64,000 nt of DNA from Cryomorphaceae bacterium (lineage in GTDB: Bacteria; Bacteroidota; Bacteroidia; Flavobacteriales; Schleiferiaceae). Shown here one piece after another: positions 18,892-29,467 of this stretch; position 1 is the stretch's first letter, and each line of letters begins with the position of its first letter. The stretch lies in NCBI GenBank assembly GCA_003566715.1, contig PXCF01000139.1, positions 18,275-82,274 of the forward strand, given 5' to 3'. The notes under the pieces were generated by a model. It searched no databases. It was not told the origin of the DNA and saw only the letters and a program-made list of their open reading frames with translations. A program made the position numbers and the translations under genes.

Positions 18892-19920
18892 CTATTTTTC
18901 TTTGCGTTTCTCTCTTTTAATCTTATCTTCTTCGTGAAGTTGGTGTAATTCCTCTGCATCAACGCCACGTGATCTTCCAAATATTGAGAAATTGATGTAG
19001 CGCTTAGGGTTGAGCTGCATGTCCAACAGCAACAAGTTAACTCTGTCGCTAGCCAACTCTAAATTGTTGAACAAATCTTCGTCTTGCAATAACAAACCAA
19101 GATTTCCTTCGCCTTGTTCAACTCTACGGAGCAATTCATTGAAGTTAACCAGTGTAGAGGTCAATGAGCGGAAGGCTTCCCCGGGGTTGCTGGCCATCAG
19201 TGAGTCACTAACTGCAGCGAGGTTTTTAGCAATTTTGTCGAGATTGAATTTGTTTTCTTGCAGTATGTGTGATACCTCGCCAACATTCTGAACGGTTTGC
19301 GTCAAACTTTCTTCATTTTCAGTTAAAAGGGTTTCAAAAGATAGGGCCGATGTTTCTAAACTGCTAAACGTACTGCGCAATGAAGATACCGATCCCTCGA
19401 TGTTGCTTTTAAAATCTTCGGTGAAAATTTCTGATGTAAGCGTCAATATGGTATCCACTGATCCGAGTAATCGTTCAACTTTATTCCTCAATGGTGCAAC
19501 CTGTAAGTTGACCTCTTCGGATAAACTGAGAGAGATTTCGGATTGTAAGGTGTCACCAAGACTGATGGGAGGGCCGGTCTTGTGAATGAGTTCAATGGCT
19601 TTGCCTCCTAATAAGTCTGTGCTGGTTATTTGAGCAATGCTGTTTTTGCTGATGGGGAAATCGGTATTAATGGTCATTTCTACCACGATATTTCCATCCA
19701 TTTTTGGGTGAAACTGCATATCGGTAATGATGCCAACTTGGAAGCCGCTGATGATGATCGGTTGACTTTTCACCAAACCTTCAACCCGGGGATATACAGC
19801 ATACAATTTTGTGCTGGACGAAAACATATCACCACCTTTTAGAAAAGTGGCCCCCCAATAAAGTCCGAAGATGGCCACGATGGCGATGATACCGGCGGAT
19901 AGTTCTTTTGAATACTTCAT
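18892..19920 (-). CDS. MlaD/MCE family protein
   Basis: N-terminal TM anchor, VEGL...G..VG, LLGGKAIEL, coiled coil, G.LG.LL.D..L, NPKRYINFSIFG. Confidence 0.9.
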   Translation of the reverse strand: MKYSKELSAGIIAIVAIFGLYWGATFLKGGDMFSSSTKLYAVYPRVEGLVKSQPIIISGFQVGIITDMQFHPKMDGNIVVEMTINTDFPISKNSIAQITSTDLLGGKAIELIHKTGPPISLGDTLQSEISLSLSEEVNLQVAPLRNKVERLLGSVDTILTLTSEIFTEDFKSNIEGSVSSLRSTFSSLETSALSFETLLTENEESLTQTVQNVGEVSHILQENKFNLDKIAKNLAAVSDSLMASNPGEAFRSLTSTLVNFNELLRRVEQGEGNLGLLLQDEDLFNNLELASDRVNLLLLDMQLNPKRYINFSIFGRSRGVDAEELHQLHEEDKIKREKRKEK

Positions 19921-20109
19921 TTTTTAAGCAATAGCGTTACGTGACAAGTGTCGCATAAAACGGATGTTTACATCGGTATTGTTCTCGAACAATGCATTGT
20001 TTTTAAAACATTGACGTTTAATCGTAGTTGTCAAATCAAGTGTTCCAAAGCATTAGGCCTCCGAAAAGGCCAGCTGCTTTTTCAAAACATCTGTGATGCG
20101 AAAATAACC

Positions 20110-21303
20110 TTAAAAAGAGGATTGAGACAAATTTTTTTCTTTTCGCTCTGCTACGTCTAGTCCTATTCGCTTGCCCTTGTCAAAAGCGACAACGAATGCG
20201 TCGTCAAATCCGGCTTTGCGCGCATTTTTACATGCAGCTTCAGCTTCTGTTTTATTGCTGAATTTACCGTGAAAGTATTTGAATAATCGCCCTTGGGGTT
20301 CCACAAAGACATGGTTAAGTCCGTTGAATTCCTCGGCAGTGGTTTTTCTTTCTTTACTTGAAACAAGGAGTTGTACGGTGTAATAGAAGGTAGGCGCTTC
20401 TTTGATGGGGTTGGCTATTGCTTCTTCTTTTATCTCTGGTGTGGCTGGTGTTTTTTCGGCCTCCTCACTCGCAATAATGGGTGGTGAAAGCTCGGTGCGG
20501 TTGATGATTTCAAAGGCCTCGCGTTTTTCTTTGTACTCTCTTACCGCTCGGTATATGGCCGATGCCATAATGTCTTGCCCATTGTCACTTTGTAAAAAAT
20601 CTTCCTCGTAACGATTGGTCAAAAAACCCAATTCCACCAGTACGGCCGGCATAGTGGTTCTACTGGTCACCACGAGCGGTTGCTGTTTTACTCCGCGATC
20701 TTTTCTCTTGGCTCTAACGCGAAACTGGTCTTGTATCTTTTGTGCAAAGGCAACACTCTGTTCGAGAAACGCATTCTGATACAGACTCAATGCAATATAG
20801 GTTTCCGGTCTGCTGGGGTCAAAGCCTTCGTACTGCTCTTCAAAGTTGTCCTCAAGGGTAATCACCGCGTTTTCTTGCATGGCCACACGCATTTGCTTGT
20901 CTCCTTGGCCGCGCCCCATCACATAGGTGGAAGCACCAAAGGCCTGAGGATTGGTAAAAGCATCACAATGAATGGAAACAAAGAGATCGGCTTTGTTGCG
21001 ATTGGCTATGGCAGCGCGTTCGTGCAATTCCACAAAACGGTCGTCTTTACGGGTATAGACAACCTTCACGCCTTTGAGGTTTTTCTCGATGTAAGCCCCC
21101 AATTTGAGAGATACTTTTAATGCCACGTCTTTTTCGCGTGAACGATAACGACCTGTGCCCAAATTACCCGGGTCTTTTCCTCCGTGCCCGGCATCAATGA
21201 CCACCAAGGTAAATTTATCATCGTTGGTGGGAAGCCAGCTTGCCTCGTAACCGGGGATGAAGATAAACATGGCCAAAAGTGTAAATGCAACTCGTTTGAG
21301 CAT
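20110..21303 (-). CDS. N-acetylmuramoyl-L-alanine amidase (Amidase_3) with C-terminal SPOR-like domain
   Basis: VIDAGHGGKDPG, EK, FVSIHCD, MPAVLVELGFLTN; C-terminal GFDDAFVVAF. Confidence 0.93.
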   Translation of the reverse strand: MLKRVAFTLLAMFIFIPGYEASWLPTNDDKFTLVVIDAGHGGKDPGNLGTGRYRSREKDVALKVSLKLGAYIEKNLKGVKVVYTRKDDRFVELHERAAIANRNKADLFVSIHCDAFTNPQAFGASTYVMGRGQGDKQMRVAMQENAVITLEDNFEEQYEGFDPSRPETYIALSLYQNAFLEQSVAFAQKIQDQFRVRAKRKDRGVKQQPLVVTSRTTMPAVLVELGFLTNRYEEDFLQSDNGQDIMASAIYRAVREYKEKREAFEIINRTELSPPIIASEEAEKTPATPEIKEEAIANPIKEAPTFYYTVQLLVSSKERKTTAEEFNGLNHVFVEPQGRLFKYFHGKFSNKTEAEAACKNARKAGFDDAFVVAFDKGKRIGLDVAERKEKNLSQSSF

Positions 21304-21472
21304 GGTTGGGTTAAATTTTTAACGTAATAATTTAAAAAATGCTGAGGTTGACCAATTTATGGTTGGGTAAATTGGCTTAGTTTTGACCCCATGTTATTTG
21401 CAGAACGTTTTTGTGTAAAAATGATATGCACCAACGTTTTAATCTGTGGCAAAAATAAGGCCTAATAAGCGT

Positions 21473-24190
21473 ATGTCCTTGTATTTACGGCAATTTTTAT
21501 TTGTACCTCTCTTGATTGTGCCGGCATTTCTTTTTGCTCAGGTGGAGCCTGATACGCTGTCACGCCTTCCCCGGCATCTGCAAGAAATCGATACCACAGC
21601 GCTAAGCCACGATGCCATGGCCAAAAAAGATTCTGTTCAACCGGATACGATATCACCAAGTATTTTGCCCAAAGAGCCCTATAGAACGTCAAAAAGTCTG
21701 GATGAAATAGTAGATTCAGACGCCCTTGACTCCATTGTAAGTAGCATGAAGCAAGAAAAAACGTTTCTTTACAACGAGGCAGTCGTGGTGTATGGCGATA
21801 TTACCTTAAAAGCAGGATATATTGAAATAGATAATAAGACCAATGAGGTGTTGGCTACCGGAATTATTGATTCTGCGGGTAATTTGGTGCAAAAACCCAT
21901 ATTTATTCAGGGTGGACAAGAGTATCGGTCGGATACCATTCGCTACAACTTTGACTCAGGCAAAGCCCTTATCAAAATGATGCTCACCCAAGAAGGCGAG
22001 GCATTTATGCAAGGGCGAAGAGCAAAGAAAATGGATGAGGACATTTTGTACATCAACAAGGCTTCATACACAACTTGTAGCCACGAGCAACCGCACTTTA
22101 GGATAATGACCACGAAGACGAAGGTGATTCCCAATGATAGAATTGTTACCGGGCCGGCTTATTTGGAGGTTTTGGACTTGCCAACGCCTTTAATGTTGCC
22201 CTTTGGTTTTATGCCCACACAAGAAGAGCGTAAATCGGGTATCTTAATTCCCGCCTACGGAAGCAGCTTAGATCGCGGTCACTTTTTACGCGGAGGTGGG
22301 TTTTACTTGTCGATCAGCGATTATTGGGATTACACCGTTCGAACAGATATTTTTACGCGCGGTGGTTATGGTTTGTTTAATAACGTCAATTATGCCCAGC
22401 GGTACAAGTTTAGAGGACAAGTAAACATCGATTACAACAAGCTAATTATTGGTCGCCCCGAATTTGCGGATTACGGTCAATACAACAATTCGAGTGACTT
22501 TTCTGTACGCTGGAACCACCAGCAAGACCCCAAGGCTAATCCAAATTTACAGTTTTCTGCCAACGTTAATATCGCTACCCAATCGTTTAACCAGTTGGCC
22601 ACACAAGACCCGATGACCAACCAACAAAACCAACTGCAGTCGTCCATTAACCTCAATAAGAGCTTCGACGGAAAGCCGTATTCACTGGCTATTCAAGCCG
22701 GTCATAATCAAAGTAATGCCACGGGTAATTTGAACCTCGACTTGCCTACGGTCAATTTCAACATGAACCGGATTTTCCCATTTAAGAAAAAAGTGTTTAC
22801 TGGAAAAGAGGCTTGGTATGAGAAAATCGGGGTGCAGTACACGGGTAATTTTAGAAATTCCATCGAAACCAATTTGGACGACTTTGAAATGAACCCCAAC
22901 TTCCTGCTTGAACAGTCAAGAAACGGGGTGCGACACAATATTCCTATCAATGCCAACTATAAGATTTTCAAATATTTCACCTTGGTGCCTTCGGTGAACT
23001 TCACCCAGCGCTGGTATTTTAATCGCATGGACTTTGAATACAACGAGCGTCAAATTACGGAGGACTCCGTGGCGTTTGGGGTAGATACAATTATTTCTCC
23101 GGGTTTTTACACACCTTCTAATTATCAGGTAAGAGCAGATGTTACAACCAAAATTTATGGTATGTGGCGTTATAAAAAAGGTCCGTTGGCTGCATTAAGG
23201 CACGTCATTACCCCAAGTGCCGGGGTGAGTTTTTCGCCTGATTTCGCCGATCCATTTTGGGGTGCCTTTCAAGAAGTGCAAATCAATCCCGAAGGTGAAA
23301 CCCAAATGTTTAACCGCTATGGCGGTAGAGATTATATTTTTCAGGGATTACAATCAGGAAGGCAAGGTAATCTTAACTTTCGTATAGATAACGTATTGGA
23401 GGGTAAGCTAAAGTCAAAAAATGATACCGTTGAGGGGCAGAAACTTAAACTATTGGAGGGCTTGAGCATGCAAGGAAGTTACAACCTTGCCGCAGAAGAA
23501 TTGCAGTGGAGTCAGATTCGCATAACCGCTCGTACGTCCATTCTCAAAGGACTTATCGCCTTTAACTACAATACAGCTTTCGATCCGTATGCAGCCAATG
23601 AACGCGGACAGAGAATCAACGAGTTTTATATCAACACAGATGGGCGATTGCTGAGACCAGTCAACAGTCAGTTCAACGTGTCAACGAGCTTAAACAACCG
23701 CACCTTTGGCACCGTGAAAAAAGGTGGCGAAAACCCGGCCAAGCAACCCGTGATCGATCCGCTTTACGATCCGCTCAACGTGGAGAGTGGTTTTGGTGCT
23801 TACACCACGGGCGACCCCAATTATCATTTGCTCAATTACTATGTTGACTATACCGCCACGTGGAACCTGCGCCTCAATTATGTGGTCACTTCGCAAATTC
23901 GACAAGATGAAACACTCGTCAATCAAACATTTGACTTCAGTGGCGATGTTCAATTAACGGGTAGCTGGCGCATTGGCTTTAGCTCGGGGTACGATGTTGT
24001 CAACGCCGGATTCTCTTATACATCCCTGGATTTTTATAAAGACCTACACTGCTGGGAACTCAATTGTCGCTGGATTCCCTTTGGCGTCCAGCAATCGTAT
24101 TTTCTTTCCATCGGTGTAAAAGCCCCGATGTTCCAAGATTTGAAACTGGAGCGTCAGCGGGGTATCGGAGACTTTGGCCAAACTTTCTAG
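21473..24190 (+). CDS. lptD: Putative LPS assembly protein LptD
   Basis: Signal peptide, OstA-like region (YTTC..PHF), SGILIP.YG....G.FL..GGFY and terminal DLHCWE..W.PFG. Start taken at 21473. Confidence 0.87.
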   Translation: MSLYLRQFLFVPLLIVPAFLFAQVEPDTLSRLPRHLQEIDTTALSHDAMAKKDSVQPDTISPSILPKEPYRTSKSLDEIVDSDALDSIVSSMKQEKTFLYNEAVVVYGDITLKAGYIEIDNKTNEVLATGIIDSAGNLVQKPIFIQGGQEYRSDTIRYNFDSGKALIKMMLTQEGEAFMQGRRAKKMDEDILYINKASYTTCSHEQPHFRIMTTKTKVIPNDRIVTGPAYLEVLDLPTPLMLPFGFMPTQEERKSGILIPAYGSSLDRGHFLRGGGFYLSISDYWDYTVRTDIFTRGGYGLFNNVNYAQRYKFRGQVNIDYNKLIIGRPEFADYGQYNNSSDFSVRWNHQQDPKANPNLQFSANVNIATQSFNQLATQDPMTNQQNQLQSSINLNKSFDGKPYSLAIQAGHNQSNATGNLNLDLPTVNFNMNRIFPFKKKVFTGKEAWYEKIGVQYTGNFRNSIETNLDDFEMNPNFLLEQSRNGVRHNIPINANYKIFKYFTLVPSVNFTQRWYFNRMDFEYNERQITEDSVAFGVDTIISPGFYTPSNYQVRADVTTKIYGMWRYKKGPLAALRHVITPSAGVSFSPDFADPFWGAFQEVQINPEGETQMFNRYGGRDYIFQGLQSGRQGNLNFRIDNVLEGKLKSKNDTVEGQKLKLLEGLSMQGSYNLAAEELQWSQIRITARTSILKGLIAFNYNTAFDPYAANERGQRINEFYINTDGRLLRPVNSQFNVSTSLNNRTFGTVKKGGENPAKQPVIDPLYDPLNVESGFGAYTTGDPNYHLLNYYVDYTATWNLRLNYVVTSQIRQDETLVNQTFDFSGDVQLTGSWRIGFSSGYDVVNAGFSYTSLDFYKDLHCWELNCRWIPFGVQQSYFLSIGVKAPMFQDLKLERQRGIGDFGQTF

Positions 24191-24201
24191 TCAGCCACTT
24201 T

Positions 24202-25185
24202 TTATAACATGCCTTCAACCAATGCTTCCGGTTTAAGGTCTTTAATGTAGGTATCTGGTTTAATCTCTCTTAACCTGCTTAGCAAAGCACTTTCTTCGTG
24301 TTTGCATCCAATCAGTTTTTCCTCAAGTTCTTCCACGGATTTAATGTGGAAGAAGTCGCCGAGCAATTTCAATCCAGTGATTTTCCCGTCGGCCACATTC
24401 ATGTGAATTTCAATGGTCCCCGCGTCGGTGCGAATGCCTTGGGTGAGGTCGTATTCAGGAGAATACCCAAAGTTCCAATCCCAAGTAGCGTATTTCTCGT
24501 CGCGTATCTTTTGAATGGTGGCCAAATCGTTTTCGCTGAATTCATACATGCGGCAATTTTCGTGCGTAGCCACAATGTGATCCATGATTTTATCGCGAAA
24601 TGCTTCCAGTGAAATGGGTGACTCTAAGTGGTCAACAATATTGGTGACCCGTTTGGGGACGCTTTTGGTCGCTCGGCCTTTGTATTTTAACGGATTGATT
24701 TTTAGTGCCCCGCTGATGTCACGCATCTGCGATGAAAACAACAATGTTCCGTGGTGTAGTACTTTCTTTCCAACTACGTGCTCGGCATTGCCGGAAAACT
24801 TTTTACCCTCAATCATCAGGTCATTGCGGCCTTCAAATGTGGCGTTGACACCCAATGATTGCAGTACGTCAATGATGGGTTGGGTGTACTTGCGAAAGTC
24901 CACCATCTTAGAGGCGTCGCTTCCGGTGTGGGTAAATGAAAAGTTGAGATTGCCCATGTCGTGGTAAACGGCCCCGCCGCCGGATAATCGTCTGACAACG
25001 TGAATGCTCTTTTCCTTGACGTAATCTAAGTTGATTTCGGCCAAGGCATTTTGGTGCTTGCCCACGATGATGGCATTGTCATTTTGCCAAAGCATAAAGA
25101 CGTCTTCCTTTAGATGCTTAAAAATAAATTCGTCCGTGGCTATGTTGAAATATGGGTCGGTGCTTTTGTGTACGATACAGAGCAT
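24202..25185 (-). CDS. lplA: Lipoate--protein ligase A
   Basis: DPYFNIATDE, RRLSGGGAVYHDMGNLNF, GRNDL, KFSGNA, HHGTLLF, WDWNFG. Confidence 0.93.
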   Translation of the reverse strand: MLCIVHKSTDPYFNIATDEFIFKHLKEDVFMLWQNDNAIIVGKHQNALAEINLDYVKEKSIHVVRRLSGGGAVYHDMGNLNFSFTHTGSDASKMVDFRKYTQPIIDVLQSLGVNATFEGRNDLMIEGKKFSGNAEHVVGKKVLHHGTLLFSSQMRDISGALKINPLKYKGRATKSVPKRVTNIVDHLESPISLEAFRDKIMDHIVATHENCRMYEFSENDLATIQKIRDEKYATWDWNFGYSPEYDLTQGIRTDAGTIEIHMNVADGKITGLKLLGDFFHIKSVEELEEKLIGCKHEESALLSRLREIKPDTYIKDLKPEALVEGML

Positions 25186-25190
25186 GTTGG

Positions 25191-25751
25191 TTAATTTAAA
25201 TCTGGATTGATCGGGCCTTTTGCATACATGGTATAGGGGTGTCCCTTGTCCTTAATGATGTCGTGCCATAAATGTTCGGTGCTTTCACCACATACCCAGG
25301 AAAAAGGACGGGCATCTTCGATAAACCAAGTATTTTCTTCAATTTCTCGTTGCAGTTGACCTGGCTCCCAACCGGAGATGCCAATGTAAAAACGGATAGA
25401 CGCTTTATCTATGGCGAAGCTATTCAGCAACTGTTCCAAAACCTCGGGGTCACCGCCAAAGTGAATGTCTTCGGAAAGCGGTTCGCTATCCGGCAGCAAT
25501 TGCGGTTGATTGTGGATATAATAACAACGGTTGTTGGCAACGGGACCGCCGCGATAAAATGAACGCGTAAATGCACCGATAAAGCCAATGTCTTCCGGGT
25601 TTTCAATCTCAATGGGTTGGTTGATGATCAAGCCTTCCGTCCCATTTTTACCGTGTTCGGTAATTAAGACGACTGTTCGTTCAAAAAAAGGATCACCTAT
25701 GTAAGGTTTGGAACACAGCAGTTGTCCTTTGCGAAGTTCGTTTATACTCAT
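25191..25751 (-). CDS. YqgE/AlgH family protein
   Basis: DPFFERTVVLI.EH..GT.GLIIN, GGPV, G.SGW.PGQL..EI. Start MSINE at 25751. Confidence 0.9.
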   Translation of the reverse strand: MSINELRKGQLLCSKPYIGDPFFERTVVLITEHGKNGTEGLIINQPIEIENPEDIGFIGAFTRSFYRGGPVANNRCYYIHNQPQLLPDSEPLSEDIHFGGDPEVLEQLLNSFAIDKASIRFYIGISGWEPGQLQREIEENTWFIEDARPFSWVCGESTEHLWHDIIKDKGHPYTMYAKGPINPDLN

Positions 25752-25755
25752 GCTA

Positions 25756-25763
25756 CAAATGTA
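25756..25763 (-). promoter_or_regulatory. -7 promoter box (TACATTTG), 4 nt before ATG
   Basis: Minus strand reads TACATTTG-TAGC-ATG. Confidence 0.6.
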
Positions 25764-25910
25764 CAAGACACAGAAAAACTTCTGAACGGTGTGGCGTGAT
25801 TTTCTGTTTGTATTACTCGGTATTTCCGTGTGAATAAGGCGTCATTTATCTTCTTCGTTGCGTACTTTTACCTCGTAGAAATTTATGTCTAGTTATAAAG
25901 TTAATCAAAC

Positions 25911-26558
25911 ATGGAAAAAGATCTTCGTTCGGCACGAGAGCACTATAAAAAAGGGGTATTGCGAAGAGCGCAAATGCTAGAAAACCCCGTTGAGCAATTC
26001 GATCAGTGGCTAACAGAATACGGCAGTAAGCAGCTCGCCGATTTTAATGCCATGACCTTGTCGACCATTGGAGAAGACGGTTATCCGCATTCACGTTTGG
26101 TTTTGTTGAAGGGGATTGAAGATGGAGGATTTGTTTTTTACACCAATTACGAAAGCGATAAGGGCCGTGACATTGCTGCTAATCCACGTGTTGCTTTGAC
26201 ATTTTTTTGGCCCGAAATGGAGCGTCAGGTGCGCGTTGAGGGGAATGCCGAGAAATTGCCCGAAGCAGAATCCGAAGCCTATTTTAAGATGCGTCCACGC
26301 GATAGCCAGATTGGTGCATGGGCATCTCCTCAAAGTAGAGAAGTAGATGGGGAGGGTGACTTAAAGGAGCGTTTTGAGTCTTACGAAAAGCAGTTTAGCG
26401 GACAAACAGATATTCCGCGTCCACCTTACTGGGGCGGTTATGTGGTGCGTCCGCAGATGATCGAGTTTTGGCAGGGACGTCCATCGCGACTCCACGACCG
26501 CTTTCGCTATCAGCGTCAAGACAACGGTCAGTGGACATTGCACCGCTTAGCGCCTTAA
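25911..26558 (+). CDS. pdxH: Pyridoxamine 5'-phosphate oxidase
   Basis: NAMTLST, R.VLLK, FYTNYES.KG, RQVRVEG, RPR.SQIGAWAS, EFWQGR.SRLHDR, ends RLAP. Confidence 0.96.
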   Translation: MEKDLRSAREHYKKGVLRRAQMLENPVEQFDQWLTEYGSKQLADFNAMTLSTIGEDGYPHSRLVLLKGIEDGGFVFYTNYESDKGRDIAANPRVALTFFWPEMERQVRVEGNAEKLPEAESEAYFKMRPRDSQIGAWASPQSREVDGEGDLKERFESYEKQFSGQTDIPRPPYWGGYVVRPQMIEFWQGRPSRLHDRFRYQRQDNGQWTLHRLAP

Positions 26559-26565
26559 CTATTTA

Positions 26566-27003
26566 ATGATGGATCAACGTATTTCTTCAATTTTACTCAG
26601 CGATTTCGCCGGTAATGAGATTGACCTTTTACGGGTTTACAATGGACGGCCTCTTTTACTTTTGATATACAACAACCAATGTCTCGGTTGCACCGGAAGA
26701 GCGGTGCCCTTGGCTTATCGTTTAAGTAAAGAATTTACTGGAGTCGAGGTGGTGGGCGTTCATACCAATTTTTCTGGAGAACCGGTTACCGAACGCGACA
26801 TCATGTCTATTTTTACCATAGAAGCGTTACCTTTTTCTATTTACCTGGATAATGAGCAGAAGGTGTACAGACAATTTGCCAGTGAAGGCACCCCGCAGTG
26901 GGTGTTAATTACAGCTGAACAAACGGTATATCGTTCAATTTTCGGTTCACAAGGAAACGCGGAGAATCGCTTGTATTACGCGTTGGAGCAGGTTAGGAGC
27001 TAA
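26566..27003 (+). CDS. Thioredoxin-like (TlpA/redoxin) protein
   Basis: CLGC motif, VGVH and EGTPQW cis-Pro loop. Confidence 0.8.
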   Translation: MMDQRISSILLSDFAGNEIDLLRVYNGRPLLLLIYNNQCLGCTGRAVPLAYRLSKEFTGVEVVGVHTNFSGEPVTERDIMSIFTIEALPFSIYLDNEQKVYRQFASEGTPQWVLITAEQTVYRSIFGSQGNAENRLYYALEQVRS

Positions 27004-27081
27004 GAGCGGTGAGCTGGGCGTATGTTTTTGTTGAGAATGAGGTTGCGTTTGCTGTTTATTGAGGAAGCTGATTTTTCACAT

Positions 27082-27109
27082 AAATCTAAAATCCTAAATC
27101 TGAAATCAA
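27082..27109. repeat. Heptamer tandem repeat AAATCNN x4
   Basis: aaatcta aaatcct aaatctg aaatcaa, abutting the stop of the next gene. Confidence 0.55.
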
Positions 27110-27349
27110 TCATTGCTTCTGGTTCTTAGACTTATGTCTGCCAGCCACAAAGCCTCTCAAGGAGCGATGTTTGGTTTTTCTCCCACTGACGCGCTTCCGC
27201 CACATGCGGAAGGATGATGGTTTCATCTCGCGGCGCATGATTTCAATAACTTCACTTTCCGAGATGCCAAATTGAAACTCAATGGCTTCAAATGGCGTGC
27301 GGTCTTCCCATGCCATTTCAATGATTCTGTTGACAACCTCTGGGGACAT
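27110..27349 (-). CDS. TIGR03643 family protein (DUF2805)
   Basis: RIIEMAWEDRTPFEAI..QFG.SE.EVI..MR...KPSSF..WRKRV.GRKTKH signature. Start MSPEV at 27349. Confidence 0.9.
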   Translation of the reverse strand: MSPEVVNRIIEMAWEDRTPFEAIEFQFGISESEVIEIMRREMKPSSFRMWRKRVSGRKTKHRSLRGFVAGRHKSKNQKQ

Positions 27350-27407
27350 AATATGAGTCTTACGTTTGAACATAAGACAATTTTTTATCATGAAATGTTC
27401 TGAGGTA

Positions 27408-27893
27408 TTAAAAACGCATGATCAAACCAAGCCCATTGCGGGCAAAAGACACGTTGATTTCACTTCTATTTCTAAAAGTATTACTTTGAAGTCCCGAGTT
27501 GTAAGTGTCTACTGCTTGCCTTGCCTTTCTACTATAACTGGCGCTAATTGGAAACGAAGCAATCATTAATCCAGCACCCAAACCACCAACGGCCCAGTTT
27601 GGTTCACCACCACCTAATGCAGCGCCAACCTGCCAGCCAAAAATAAACGCCCCCACGATGCTAGTGGCATTGGATAAATTACGTCGTGTTCGCGCAGAAC
27701 GCATTTGATCATAAGCCATGGGGTTGGTTTTCATTATTTTAATGGCTCTGGTCAATGATATTTTTTTACCGTCTATATAATACTCAGGACTGCCGAGAGA
27801 GCTTTCCATGGTGATTGAGTCCGCAACCGTTTGTGCAAAGGAAAATGTTGTAGAAAAAAGGAGAAAAGCGAAAATGATAACAGTTTTACTCAT
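27408..27893 (-). CDS. Hypothetical exported/membrane protein
   Basis: Signal peptide, Gly-rich hydrophobic hairpin and C-terminal GLGLIMRF. Confidence 0.75.
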   Translation of the reverse strand: MSKTVIIFAFLLFSTTFSFAQTVADSITMESSLGSPEYYIDGKKISLTRAIKIMKTNPMAYDQMRSARTRRNLSNATSIVGAFIFGWQVGAALGGGEPNWAVGGLGAGLMIASFPISASYSRKARQAVDTYNSGLQSNTFRNRSEINVSFARNGLGLIMRF

Positions 27894-27908
27894 AGCTAAT
27901 GATGGGTC

Positions 27909-28376
27909 TTACATGGGCAAGTATACGCCAATGGCATAAGTTAATATTACTGGAGGGACACTTAAATCTTGAGGAAAAATGGGGCCTGTGTCGATGATCC
28001 GTCCCAATCCAATTTGTGCAGTAAACCATTTTTTTCCTCGATACACGTAATTTGATGACACGATGTTTTGCACAAATGCATCGCCAGTTCCCTGGTTCCA
28101 GTACTGAAGCGATAAAAATGAGCTTCTAATGGATGGCTTTAAGTGATAATTAATCCCGGCGCCAAAAGAGATCAGACCAACACCTAGTTGAAGCCCCAAT
28201 AAATCGTTTAAAAGAAACTCAAAATCAGCCCCAAGCAAAGCGCCACCACCTTTTAGAACACCAATGGTTACACAGGCTTTTTCTTCATCCGGCACATAAC
28301 CTCCGTACTGCGAATAGATTAAGTTGGTGCTGGTTAAGAAACAAATGGTTAGTAGCGTTTTTAATTTAGTATACAT
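27909..28376 (-). CDS. Hypothetical exported protein, possibly a small beta-barrel
   Basis: Signal peptide and alternating hydrophobic strands ending YAIGVYLPM. Confidence 0.72.
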   Translation of the reverse strand: MYTKLKTLLTICFLTSTNLIYSQYGGYVPDEEKACVTIGVLKGGGALLGADFEFLLNDLLGLQLGVGLISFGAGINYHLKPSIRSSFLSLQYWNQGTGDAFVQNIVSSNYVYRGKKWFTAQIGLGRIIDTGPIFPQDLSVPPVILTYAIGVYLPM

Positions 28377-28422
28377 GTTTCATATTTGTGACGAAGAAAA
28401 GAATGATTACATCTAATGATTG

Positions 28423-28430
28423 CAAATATA
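28423..28430 (-). promoter_or_regulatory. -7 promoter box (TATATTTG)
   Basis: CAAATATA on +, upstream of the gene starting at 28376. Confidence 0.55.
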
Positions 28431-28594
28431 TTATAAAACGTTTTTGAAAAGCAAAAAGATTGAGGCAAGACTGTGCGGAACGCTTTTTCCAAATATTTAG
28501 AATAGTAAACGACTTTTTATTTTTTATGTTGAGTACCTTTACTTCAGAAAAAAAAGGATCAAACCTTTCACCATTTCAACAATACCATTCCTGC

Positions 28595-29464
28595 ATGAAT
28601 ACACTTTTACACGGCTTTCAGCATCTAAGACTCCATTTTTCGCTGTTCTTGCTGCCAGTTTTCTTATTTGCGCTGGCAATGTCTGACGCGCCTTTTCACG
28701 AGCAGACCATGTTGTTGTTTGTTCTTTTGCACCTGGTGATTTATCCCTCAAGCAACGCGTATAACAGCACACAAGATAGAGATGAAGGCAGCATTGGTGG
28801 ACTGAAAAATCCACCGCCCATACCCAACTCATTATCGTTAGTAACGCTGATCATGGATTTACTGGCGCTTTCTTTGGTTTGGGTTTTTATCAATGTTACG
28901 GTTTTTGCCTTACTGCTTCTTTACATCCTGGCATCTCGGGCGTATAGCTATCGCGGCATTCGCTTGAAACAGTACCCCATCGTAGGGTATCTGGTGGTAG
29001 TGACTTTACAGGGGGGGCTGGTATTTCTTGCCACGTCACTAACGGCTAGCGGGGTGTCTCTGTTGGACTTGTCTGTCAACCAATGGCTGGGCGCACTGGC
29101 CGCAACGGTGATGATTGGTGGGGGATATCCCATTACGCAGATCTACCAGCACGAACAAGACCGCCGCGATGGGGTCAATACCATGAGTATGTTGCTCGGA
29201 ATACGGGGAACACTGTTGTACGCCTCTTCGCTTTTTGGATTATTGACGGCGATGATGGTCTATCTTTGGTGGAGCCAACCAGTCGTTCCCATGCTATTCG
29301 TGGCCATAACCTCACCAACGCTGCTCTTTTTTCTTTATTGGATGAAGCGTGTGTGGGTGAACAATTCAGCGGCCAATTACGATAATACTATGAAGATGAA
29401 TTACATCTCCACCGCCACACTGAACGTGTTTTTTGTCGCCCTTTTACTTATCACGCACGCCTGA
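28595..29464 (+). CDS. UbiA family prenyltransferase
   Basis: Multi-TM protein with YPSSNAYNSTQDRDEG.IGG (first Asp-rich motif), AYSY..IRLK and TQIYQHEQD..DG..T.S..LG. Start MNTLL at 28595. Confidence 0.87.
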   Translation: MNTLLHGFQHLRLHFSLFLLPVFLFALAMSDAPFHEQTMLLFVLLHLVIYPSSNAYNSTQDRDEGSIGGLKNPPPIPNSLSLVTLIMDLLALSLVWVFINVTVFALLLLYILASRAYSYRGIRLKQYPIVGYLVVVTLQGGLVFLATSLTASGVSLLDLSVNQWLGALAATVMIGGGYPITQIYQHEQDRRDGVNTMSMLLGIRGTLLYASSLFGLLTAMMVYLWWSQPVVPMLFVAITSPTLLFFLYWMKRVWVNNSAANYDNTMKMNYISTATLNVFFVALLLITHA

Positions 29465-29467
29465 CTT

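Noticed and set aside
19921..20109. 189-bp gap between the amidase gene and mlaD as a possible ncRNA
   Set aside because: Only short, weak hairpins and no recognisable motif.
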